In this document: in pieces, positions 1 through 7,908 of the stretch
Layout: every line of letters starts with the position of its first letter
How positions within the stretch are numbered: the stretch's first letter is position 1
Source of the DNA: Puniceicoccales bacterium
GTDB lineage: Bacteria; Verrucomicrobiota; Verrucomicrobiia; Opitutales; LL51
DNA: 48,083 nt
Assembly: GCA_031284165.1 (NCBI GenBank)
Contig: JAITAK010000052.1
Location: 1 to 48,083, forward strand
Direction: 5' to 3'
Made by a program: the position numbers and the translations under genes
The notes under the pieces: generated by a model
The model's database searches: none
Seen by the model: the letters and a program-made list of their open reading frames with translations, nothing else
Told to the model about the DNA's origin: nothing

Positions 1-1
1 A

Positions 2-55
2 GAGGGCCGTGAAGAGGGCCGTGAGGAGGGCCGTGAGGAGGGCCGTGAGGAGGGT
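2..55 (+). repeat. 12-bp in-frame tandem repeat (gagggccgtgag, about 4.5 copies) encoding (EGRE)n
   Basis: Direct reading gives gag ggc cgt gaa / gag ggc cgt gag x3 / gag ggt. The repeat continues off the left edge of the window. Confidence 0.9.
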
Positions 56-313
56 CTCATCGAAGGCGAGAAGATAGGCCGCGAAGAAGGCGAAAAGATA
101 GGGCAATTAAAAGGGAAAATAGAAATGCTGATAAAGAATTTTCTCAAGGGTAGAGAAATTGATGGCGATGACATCGAAGGCATTGTGCCGTATACGTTAG
201 ATGATAGTTTTGTGTGCCAAGCTTGGGAGAGTTTGAATAACTCTAATAAAACAGAAGAGAAGTATAAAGATTTTCTCCAAGAGCTTAGAAATTGGAAGCT
301 AATGCAAAGCTAA
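2..313 (+). CDS. Partial CDS (N-terminus off-window): Glu/Gly/Arg-repeat C-terminal fragment, possibly the tail of an Rpn/YhgA-like PD-(D/E)XK transposase-like protein
   Basis: Frame 2 is open from nt 2 and runs into the listed 125..313 ORF. Translation is EGREEGREEGREEGREEGLIEGEKIGREEGEKIGQLKGKIEMLIKNFLKG... An E/G/K/R repeat followed by a short helical tail is what I recall from Rpn-family C-termini. No catalytic domain is visible, so the family call is weak. Confidence 0.35.
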   Translation, partial: EGREEGREEGREEGREEGLIEGEKIGREEGEKIGQLKGKIEMLIKNFLKGREIDGDDIEGIVPYTLDDSFVCQAWESLNNSNKTEEKYKDFLQELRNWKLMQS

Positions 314-380
314 ATAATTAAAGGAAAATATGAAAAACTAAGGATATGTCATAATATATGATATCTTAATTTAAGTGTTT

Positions 381-1559
381 TTATTTAATAAAATTAACGG
401 AAATATGTTCAGGAATTATCGCTTGATAATGGCCTGAGGAGCCGTTACCTTCATAGTAAATCGTGATCTTCTTCGCATTCATTATTCCTGAACTATATAT
501 GTCTTGTCGATGGCTCAGTTGTCCATAATTATTTCTTCTGATCCATTTGCAAACGATATCACATCTTATTTCTTTGGCTAAAAGTGCAGTTAGTGGAGTA
601 TCTAATTGTATAGTCCCTTTCTTAATTTTTTCACATAAATCGCTATAGGCGGTAACATGTTCCTCTTGCATTAATAAATCCAGCCCATAAAGTATACCAG
701 AATACTCGCCAGTTTTACTTTTGCTATTACTTGCCTGGATGTTGGTAATGCAATTTGCTAATTTTTTTAAAAGCTCTAAAACCTCTTTCTTGGTAATTTG
801 GATGGATGCCGCTCCTGCATTTTGGGCTTTTTCAGCAGTAAGTATTGCCCAGTAACCACATAGCCCATCCCCAGGAACGTTCTGTAATTTGTAACCATCG
901 GCAATAAAAGATATTTTTTTATTTTTTTCCGCTTCAATCTTAGGGATCGCCTTAGATGACAGTGCCGATGATAATGAAGGTGCGCTGCTATTATTTTGTA
1001 CTTTGAAATGGGTAGGCAACGACAACGGCTTAGTCGTGGCAAGCAACGGTTTCGATTTGTCTGTATTTTGTACGAATTTTTGCAATTTCTTGGGCTGTAA
1101 TTGTGTTACCGTTGAATGGGGTTGAACGGGTATAAATGGCTTAGCATTCCATAGTAATTTTTTGAAAGGCCTCTGTCGCCTCTGCTTTATCACTAAATGT
1201 TTTTGATTTTTCAATTGCCTTAACCGAGATTGTTGGGTTAATTTTGAGGGAGTAGTCATAAACTTAATGCCTTTGTCGTTGTGCTCTATTTTTTTTAGCA
1301 TTAATTGCCTCGTGCTTTTATTTTGTAATTTTTTTTGATATTGAGGTTGTTCAGTCGTTTTTTGTTTTTCTTTCTGACCATGTGACTTTTCTTGTTTTTG
1401 AGAGAATCTCGGTAGTAGCGGTAGCGTTTTGCGAGGATATCGCCAATGATTGTGTTGTGTTACATGAGATGTCACATCTTTATCGTCTCCAAATGAAACT
1501 GCCGTCAAAGAAGATAGCCACAAGATTGTAGTTAATGTTTTTGTATAATTTTTATTCAT
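381..1559 (-). CDS. Secreted OTU-like cysteine protease (candidate deubiquitinase/deubiquitinase-like effector)
   Basis: 392-aa ORF with ATG at 1559. The leader-like N-terminus MNKNYTKTLTTILWLSSLTAVSF is followed by a Lys/Gln-rich low-complexity region. The C-terminal ~175 aa carries the OTU-type D-G-x-C box (VPGDGLCGYWAILTA) and a terminal His box (SSGHYQAIIP). It is colinear with the paralogue at 1572..2360. Confidence 0.6.
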   Translation of the reverse strand: MNKNYTKTLTTILWLSSLTAVSFGDDKDVTSHVTQHNHWRYPRKTLPLLPRFSQKQEKSHGQKEKQKTTEQPQYQKKLQNKSTRQLMLKKIEHNDKGIKFMTTPSKLTQQSRLRQLKNQKHLVIKQRRQRPFKKLLWNAKPFIPVQPHSTVTQLQPKKLQKFVQNTDKSKPLLATTKPLSLPTHFKVQNNSSAPSLSSALSSKAIPKIEAEKNKKISFIADGYKLQNVPGDGLCGYWAILTAEKAQNAGAASIQITKKEVLELLKKLANCITNIQASNSKSKTGEYSGILYGLDLLMQEEHVTAYSDLCEKIKKGTIQLDTPLTALLAKEIRCDIVCKWIRRNNYGQLSHRQDIYSSGIMNAKKITIYYEGNGSSGHYQAIIPEHISVNFIK

Positions 1560-1571
1560 ATTGGTAATTTC

Positions 1572-2360
1572 CTAAATTTCAAATTTAACCTCAACGCCTT
1601 CGGGAGTAATTGCTTGATAATGTCCTCTAAATCCGTCGCCCGAATAATGAATCATGGCGACGGTTACTGGTCTTGTATGTTCGCTGTTTCCGCCATTTTG
1701 GCTGGGATCGGCGTGGAATGTACAGATAAAATTTCCTTGACTTTTACGTTTCGATCGCACGGAGATTGTACAATGGAGTACATCGGTTAAAAATGGAATC
1801 AGCGGAAAATCGAGCTGCATTTGCTTCGCTTTAATTTTCTTGTATAAATCATCATAGTTCTTCGCAAAACCTTCGCAGATGAGTTGATTAATTACATCCA
1901 TTCGATCAATCTCATCGATGCTTTTATTTTCCTTGTCGGCGGTATAAGCAATCCTATCCGCTAATTGCTTCAAAATTTCCAAAATTTCATTTTTACGAAT
2001 ACAGATAGTGGTTTTAGTTCTTTCCATTTCCTGGGCTTTTTTGGCCGTCAATACTGCCCAATAACCGCAACAGCCATCACTAGGAACATCTTTCAAGGCA
2101 TAGCCCTTTGGAATGATATCTCCTGTTTTTGTTTCAGACGTGTCGTCTAAAGGAAGCGTTTTATTTCGAGAAATAGTTATTTCTTGGATATCGGAATGGT
2201 TCGAGGAATGGCATACTTCTAGTTTCGTAGGCATTGCCATAAAAGCATCGCTACTACCGATGCCCACAATACCTATCCAATAAATACCTTTCCCCATCCA
2301 TTGACACATTGTAATCTTAATATAAAAAAAATAGTTATTATTGTCAATAAAATTTTGCAT
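1572..2360 (-). CDS. OTU-like cysteine protease, tandem paralogue
   Basis: 262-aa ORF. VPSDGCCGYWAVLTAKKAQ, YDDLYKKIKAKQMQLDFPL and FRGHYQAITPEGVEVKFEI align block-for-block with 381..1559. The ATG at 2358-2360 lies 1 nt after the mtaB stop (2362-2364), which suggests co-transcription. Confidence 0.6.
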   Translation of the reverse strand: MQNFIDNNNYFFYIKITMCQWMGKGIYWIGIVGIGSSDAFMAMPTKLEVCHSSNHSDIQEITISRNKTLPLDDTSETKTGDIIPKGYALKDVPSDGCCGYWAVLTAKKAQEMERTKTTICIRKNEILEILKQLADRIAYTADKENKSIDEIDRMDVINQLICEGFAKNYDDLYKKIKAKQMQLDFPLIPFLTDVLHCTISVRSKRKSQGNFICTFHADPSQNGGNSEHTRPVTVAMIHYSGDGFRGHYQAITPEGVEVKFEI

Positions 2361-2361
2361 C

Positions 2362-3717
2362 CTAGGGCGTAATCTTCATCGATTCTTCGATAAGTTCTCC
2401 TCGAATAAATGTGCCGCAATTTTGAATTAGACGCACTTTTCCTATCTGATTACTGAGATCCCTGGGGGCATTAAGGACTAAAACCTTGATGTAGTTTTCT
2501 GTAAATCCAGGGAAAGCCGATTTCTTTCTGTCCTCAAACAAAACGAGTTCCGTTTTCCCGATTTGCTGTTCGAAAAATTGGCAGCGTTTTTTCCAACTCA
2601 AATCTCGCAATACCTTACTGCGTCGATCGATTTCATTGCGAGTCACAAATTGCCCTTCTAGTAAATTTGCTGCGGTTCCTTCACGGCGAGCATAGGAAAA
2701 GACGTGAACGTATTGGAATGCCGTCTCTTGAATTAAATGTATAGAGCACTCGAAATCCTCATCACTTTCTCCGGGGAATCCCACGATAAGATCCGTTCCC
2801 AAACCGATATTGGGAATAGCTTTTGCAACGCTCTCGACATAATCTTCGGCTTCAGCGAGGGTATAATGACGTCTCATTGCCCGTAGGATACGATCGCTCC
2901 CTGATTGAATAGGCAGGTGAAGATATTTGACGAGTTTATGTTTAGGATCTGCCATTTGAGTTAAAATAGCGTCATCTATGGTCTTGAACTCGATGCTACT
3001 TAAGCGAATGCGTTGAAGTTCAGGAATTTCATTCAGTGTGGCAATGACGTCAGATAATTTTTTCCCACTGTTTCGATAGACCCCTATGTTGGTACCCGTT
3101 AAAACGATTTCTCTGACACCTTGCCGCACATGGATTTCCGCATCTTCGATCAGATTTTTAAAATCGCGGCTGCGGGCCCGTCCCCGCAATGTTGGAATGA
3201 TGCAGTAGGAACAAAAGAAATTGCAGCCTTCTTGAATTTTCAAATTATAGCGTTGACGATAAGGTCGATGCAAAAGGCAAGGGAATTCAAAATCAGATTT
3301 TACGATGGGATAACGCGAAATTTCTGTGAATTTTTTTCGCAAATCGAGCCTATCGATATGTTCAAAGATGCGATGTTTTTCGGAATTGCCGAGGATAAGG
3401 ATGCGATCATGTAAACCGAGAAGTTCTGACGGATTTTTTTCGGCGAGGCAACCCGTAATGACTAAAGCGACATGGGGCTGTGTGCGAACAATTTGTCGGA
3501 TAGTTTGTTTACACTTTGATTCAGCTTCCTGCGTAACAGCACAGGAATTAACGATCGCGACATCGATCGATCGGTCCATAACCTGAGCAACCTCGTAACC
3601 AGCAGCCTCGAGAGTTTCGATAAAAGTCCGCGATTCTGCCGCATTTAATCGACAACCATGCGTATGGACATACACTCTCACCTCATCGTATTTTCTAGCA
3701 AAAAATTGACAAAGCAA
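2362..3717 (-). CDS. mtaB: Radical-SAM methylthiotransferase, MtaB-like (tRNA t6A37 methylthiotransferase family)
   Basis: It has the N-terminal UPF0004-type VYVHTHGCRLNAAES, the radical-SAM box IQEGCNFFCSYCIIPTLRGRARSR and a C-terminal TRAM-like segment. The listed start is TTG at 3717. A GTG at 3681 (VRVYVHTHGC) is an alternative start. Confidence 0.75.
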   Translation of the reverse strand: MLCQFFARKYDEVRVYVHTHGCRLNAAESRTFIETLEAAGYEVAQVMDRSIDVAIVNSCAVTQEAESKCKQTIRQIVRTQPHVALVITGCLAEKNPSELLGLHDRILILGNSEKHRIFEHIDRLDLRKKFTEISRYPIVKSDFEFPCLLHRPYRQRYNLKIQEGCNFFCSYCIIPTLRGRARSRDFKNLIEDAEIHVRQGVREIVLTGTNIGVYRNSGKKLSDVIATLNEIPELQRIRLSSIEFKTIDDAILTQMADPKHKLVKYLHLPIQSGSDRILRAMRRHYTLAEAEDYVESVAKAIPNIGLGTDLIVGFPGESDEDFECSIHLIQETAFQYVHVFSYARREGTAANLLEGQFVTRNEIDRRSKVLRDLSWKKRCQFFEQQIGKTELVLFEDRKKSAFPGFTENYIKVLVLNAPRDLSNQIGKVRLIQNCGTFIRGELIEESMKITP

Positions 3718-3901
3718 GCCGGAATTTATGGGCCAAAGCGATTTACAAAAAAAATTCTGTATGAATTTTTAATTAAAATTCGTTCTTAAAATTTGATTTC
3801 TTGATTTCCTGTGCAGGTCTAGACGAAAGACACTAACTTAAACGCTTTAAAAGTTTTTGATCCCAGTGGACTTACAACTCAACGGCAGTAATTTTCCGTT
3901 T

Positions 3902-5377
3902 TTATCGGTATTGATTGACGACATCCACGTCATTGAAAGGAATTTTTTCGTCGCCAATTTGTTGATAAGTTTCATGGCCTTTTCCAGCAATGAGAACGAT
4001 ATCGTTTTCCTGTGCTTGAGTTAATGCTTGGTGGATTGCTTGTTGCCGATCCGTTTCGAAGATCACAGGAATGGAAATTTTCTCTTTCATCCCTGCACGC
4101 ATGTCATGGAAAATATCTTCCATTTTTTCGTGGCGCGGATTATCTGAAGTTGCGATCACCGCATCGGAAAATTGGCAGGCAACACTCATCATCGGCGCTC
4201 GCTTTGTCCTATCCCGATCACCACCACATCCAAAAACCGTAATGAGACGACTAGATCTTTCTTTTGATTTCAATATCTTAATTCGTCTTAAGCTTTCTAA
4301 AACACGAAACAAGCCATCCTCGGTGTGAGCATAGTCGACAAAAACTTGTACCCCGTGAGCGGTAGCGATTTTCTGTAATCGTCCAGGGACGCCAGGAAAA
4401 GTTGCTAATTTGGCTGCGATCTCTTTAAGGGTTAAATTGCCCATAGTATGCACTGCTGCAACCGCCGCTAATGCATTTTCTACATTGTGTACGCCAATGA
4501 TACCTAGATGACAATCATAACTTTCATCGCCATGATGTAAGCAAAATGTACTCCCCATTGTTGTACATCGCAAATCCGTTGCATAGTAATCGTTTTTAGG
4601 ATTTTCAAATGCGTAAGTTATTCCTCCGAATTCTGTATAAAGCCGCTGGCCATAATTGTCATTGCCATTCAACAGATTGAGTTTTGGTTTCGTTCCATTT
4701 TCACCGGAAAAAAGCTTCCGCTTCGCCAAAAAATAGGCTTCCTGATGACCATGATAATCCAAGTGGTCCGCCGTCAAATTGGAAAAAATACCTACATCGA
4801 CCTTTAACCCGTAGACGCGTTTCTGAGCTAAGGCGTGGGAACTCATTTCCAAAGCTACAGCGGCGTTTTGCGGTAAGTTGGCAAGCATAGTATACAACGC
4901 TATTCCATTGGGTGTCGTTTGCGACGAAGGTAAAACATTATCGATGAGATCGTAAGCAATCGTTCCGATGACCGCTGTAGGCCGATCAAGTAAGTGTCTT
5001 AATAAATAAGTTATCGTTGTTTTGCCATTGGTCCCCGTTACGGCAAACAGAAAAGGACGCTTGGACTCGCTCTGAAAAAACTGTCTCGCCGCCAATCCTA
5101 ACGCTTGACGGACATCATCGACAACGTAGATCGCTATGTTGATTCCCAGTTCTGCCAATTGATTTTCAGCTTCTTCCACCTCTTCGCGCTGGACTACGAT
5201 GCCCTTGGCTCCTTTCTTTATGGCTTCACTGATAAAATTCACACCCCGATGACGATTCCCGAACAACGCAAAAAATAAATGCCCCATCTCAACTTTTCGG
5301 CTGTCATCGGCTATGCCTGAAATCGCATCATTGGAAGTTATAGCTTCTAAAAACTCCCTATAATCATCACTTTTCAT
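3902..5377 (-). CDS. murE: UDP-N-acetylmuramoyl-L-alanyl-D-glutamate--2,6-diaminopimelate ligase
   Basis: Mur ligase P-loop VTGTNGKTTITY, the DNPR motif (TSDNPRHE) typical of meso-DAP-adding MurE, and a C-terminal GKGHE motif. Length is 491 aa. Confidence 0.9.
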   Translation of the reverse strand: MKSDDYREFLEAITSNDAISGIADDSRKVEMGHLFFALFGNRHRGVNFISEAIKKGAKGIVVQREEVEEAENQLAELGINIAIYVVDDVRQALGLAARQFFQSESKRPFLFAVTGTNGKTTITYLLRHLLDRPTAVIGTIAYDLIDNVLPSSQTTPNGIALYTMLANLPQNAAVALEMSSHALAQKRVYGLKVDVGIFSNLTADHLDYHGHQEAYFLAKRKLFSGENGTKPKLNLLNGNDNYGQRLYTEFGGITYAFENPKNDYYATDLRCTTMGSTFCLHHGDESYDCHLGIIGVHNVENALAAVAAVHTMGNLTLKEIAAKLATFPGVPGRLQKIATAHGVQVFVDYAHTEDGLFRVLESLRRIKILKSKERSSRLITVFGCGGDRDRTKRAPMMSVACQFSDAVIATSDNPRHEKMEDIFHDMRAGMKEKISIPVIFETDRQQAIHQALTQAQENDIVLIAGKGHETYQQIGDEKIPFNDVDVVNQYR

Positions 5378-5434
5378 GAATAGTATTTCAAAACTATAAC
5401 TTCCTTCCCTTTTCGTTCGTTACCCCGTTACCCA

Positions 5435-5457
5435 ACACGACGCGCCCAGCGCCGTGT
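5435..5457 (-). terminator. GC-rich hairpin downstream of the 740-aa gene (possible terminator or processing structure)
   Basis: acacg-ac-gcgc-cca-gcgc-cgtgt forms a 5+4 bp stem with a 2-nt bulge in otherwise AT-rich spacer. There is no clear T-tract on the minus strand, so this is not a canonical intrinsic terminator. Confidence 0.25.
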
Positions 5458-5483
5458 AGACGCTTTTACCTTCAAAATATGAC

Positions 5484-7706
5484 TTAGCCAAACGCCTTAT
5501 TTTCCGTCAAAATCTTTACCGGAATCAAAACTTGCCGTTCCACTTCGTTATAAATTGCGTTATTGTTAATGATGAACGAAGTTTTTATGGGTACCAAGGG
5601 GAGCGGTTTCGTTTCACCTGGTTTTGTAGAGAGCGTATTTTTATAGACCTTATTGGAACTTTGAGGTCTAGAAGTCCGTGAAATAAATTCTTTCTCTAGG
5701 GCTGTACCCAAGGATTGCAAGGTAAATAAAAATACGTTTGCCAATACATAATCAACAGACACATCTACCTGTAGGCGATCATTCTGCGCACTAACGACAC
5801 ATAACACCGGGTCTGCATTTTTCATTTGTGGTAAAAAGTTTTCAACCGCCTGTTTTATGACCTTTGTTTCTTCACTCGTCGCTGAATCAAGCGGCATTTC
5901 AGACAAAATCTGAGGGATAGCATCGCTAAAATTCCATTTTCCTTTCAAGATAACCCCCTGAGGGAGTCCTTCAAGGTATGACTTAGCGTTAACTATAGGT
6001 ATTTTTTTTGCGATGACGTTGTCGATCAAATATTTGAGATAATCCAAGGAATCCGACCCCAAAAATTGGCCATTAATTGCTGTTACATACTCCTCTAATA
6101 TTTGACCCTTTGCACCAGACAGCGCAGGTAATAGCGATACGGCAGTGTTACTTGCTGGAGTCGTCACATTATTAATCCCTTTAGCCCCTAGATTCGCTTC
6201 AGTATTACTGGCTGCTGGCATCGCTCCATTCGCAGGAACTGCGCTTTGACCCGTTGCGCCTCCGGTACCTGGAGTGACAGAGGATGTCTTTAAGTTTATG
6301 GAAAGGATATAAATTTTATGGCCTTGATATTCGCAAGACAACTGATAATTAGACTCTAAGGTGTGAAAACCTTCAACCTTCAGTGCTGCAGATAAATCAT
6401 TGCAAGTCTGCGTAACTAATTTACAATCTTCTAAATATTTCTCAAGCGTTTTTGTCCCTAAAACATGGCTCGAAAAAGAGACAACTTTATTTTGATAGGT
6501 TGTAAAAGCCCCCATATTAACTATCGATAAATGTTCACGGGTATTCGCCAATACTTTATCGATAATAGGAGTTAAATTTTTGTTGTCGTTGTCAGATCTC
6601 TTCGCCAAAGCGGGAATCATAGATTTCAAGATATCGCAAAGCAATATATCAATACGATTTACCACCATAACACCGCCGACATCCTTCATTTCAATATATT
6701 CGCTAATGCTTGCGGGTTCCTGATAGTTTTCAGCCTTCAAGTCAGCATAAAATGGCGAAGTAGCATCAAAAATGAAGCTAATGTAAACATCAAGCTTCGT
6801 CGAAGCGGTATTGTTAAGTTGTGGCTGTGCCGCCGCCGTCGGCTGGGTTACCGCTGCCTGTACTCCGTTGGGGCTTGGTTTTAACCCATTGCCATTAGGT
6901 CGTATAACAATTTTCCATCCTTGAATAGCGCAATAGGCACAGTGCTGCTGCAGCTGCGTTACTTGTAACCCTGACAAAAGGGGTTTCGACAGACTATCAA
7001 AAAACTTGGGCGTCAAATTAAACTCGATCGACCCTGCCGTTATGGGCTCCTTAGCCTGATCAACGAGTGTCTTTAGGAAATCTTTATCTTTGTTAAGAAG
7101 GTCTATCTTGGCTTTGTCGTTGGCCATAACGATATAACCCTCATGTTCAGTCCAATGAAAATTATCTATTTTGAGAGATTCCTTGGGTGCTTTTTCATCC
7201 ATTTGAAAAATGCAATAGGGAAAATAGTCGCGGTGATCCTCGAATATTAATACGGTAGCGTTGCTTCCTTCCTTGAGCGCACTGCCATCTTTTCCCCATT
7301 GCGGCCACATTGCCAATAATAGAAAATTTGCTTTTACATTATCTAGCCCCATCAGTCCTAGAAAATGAGGATTATTCAAAATCGATTTTATGTCTTTAAG
7401 CTTTATGGAAGCTATGGGCTTTTTATTAAAAACTTGAAGATCTTTTTCACCGTCAGACGTTAGGTTAGGTTTATCGGCGAAGCCCATTTCGCCTACGGAT
7501 ACGGATTTAAAAGTGGGCGTACCTGAAGGTGTATCTTGACTTTGGCCCTTCGTCAATTCCGCCAGGGCGGTATATTCGGCTTTCTTTGCTTCCCCTAAGG
7601 ACGCACCGACCAAACTTAGCGATCCCCAAATTAACATTCCACAAAAATAAATATTTTTCCACATAACGATATTTCTCCTACAATTAATTTTCTTATTCAT
7701 TTTCAT
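5484..7706 (-). CDS. Hypothetical secreted protein (740 aa)
   Basis: Long ORF with ATG at 7706. The hydrophobic leader is WKNIYFCGMLIWGSLSLVGASLGEA. There are two Ala/Thr/Gly/Pro/Asn low-complexity linkers (AAVTQPTAAAQPQLNNTAS; TPGTGGATGQSAVPANGAMPAASNTEANLGAKG). I recognise no family motif. Confidence 0.6.
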   Translation of the reverse strand: MKMNKKINCRRNIVMWKNIYFCGMLIWGSLSLVGASLGEAKKAEYTALAELTKGQSQDTPSGTPTFKSVSVGEMGFADKPNLTSDGEKDLQVFNKKPIASIKLKDIKSILNNPHFLGLMGLDNVKANFLLLAMWPQWGKDGSALKEGSNATVLIFEDHRDYFPYCIFQMDEKAPKESLKIDNFHWTEHEGYIVMANDKAKIDLLNKDKDFLKTLVDQAKEPITAGSIEFNLTPKFFDSLSKPLLSGLQVTQLQQHCAYCAIQGWKIVIRPNGNGLKPSPNGVQAAVTQPTAAAQPQLNNTASTKLDVYISFIFDATSPFYADLKAENYQEPASISEYIEMKDVGGVMVVNRIDILLCDILKSMIPALAKRSDNDNKNLTPIIDKVLANTREHLSIVNMGAFTTYQNKVVSFSSHVLGTKTLEKYLEDCKLVTQTCNDLSAALKVEGFHTLESNYQLSCEYQGHKIYILSINLKTSSVTPGTGGATGQSAVPANGAMPAASNTEANLGAKGINNVTTPASNTAVSLLPALSGAKGQILEEYVTAINGQFLGSDSLDYLKYLIDNVIAKKIPIVNAKSYLEGLPQGVILKGKWNFSDAIPQILSEMPLDSATSEETKVIKQAVENFLPQMKNADPVLCVVSAQNDRLQVDVSVDYVLANVFLFTLQSLGTALEKEFISRTSRPQSSNKVYKNTLSTKPGETKPLPLVPIKTSFIINNNAIYNEVERQVLIPVKILTENKAFG

Positions 7707-7908
7707 TTAAAATTCTGTGCACTTTCTACAAATTGGTTCTTTCATACAAAATTCGACACTCATGTAAAGCTTAAATTTCATCGAAAAATCCTAGATTTTG
7801 CATAAATTTTAACGAAAAACCTGTTGTAAGCCTCTTAGCAAAACCATATTGCAAAAAATTGCAAATAAAATTTTTAGTAAAACAGCATTATCCTCGCTTT
7901 GGCCGTCA

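Noticed and set aside
3718-3901. Intergenic regions scanned by eye for tRNA or small RNA genes (also 7707-7908, 13914-14086, 22694-22823, 28114-28269, 46537-46835, 47136-47283)
   Set aside because: I could not see any cloverleaf-compatible sequence with a GTTCRANYC T-loop or other conserved ncRNA motifs. Absence is by eye only. tRNAscan-SE and Infernal should be run.
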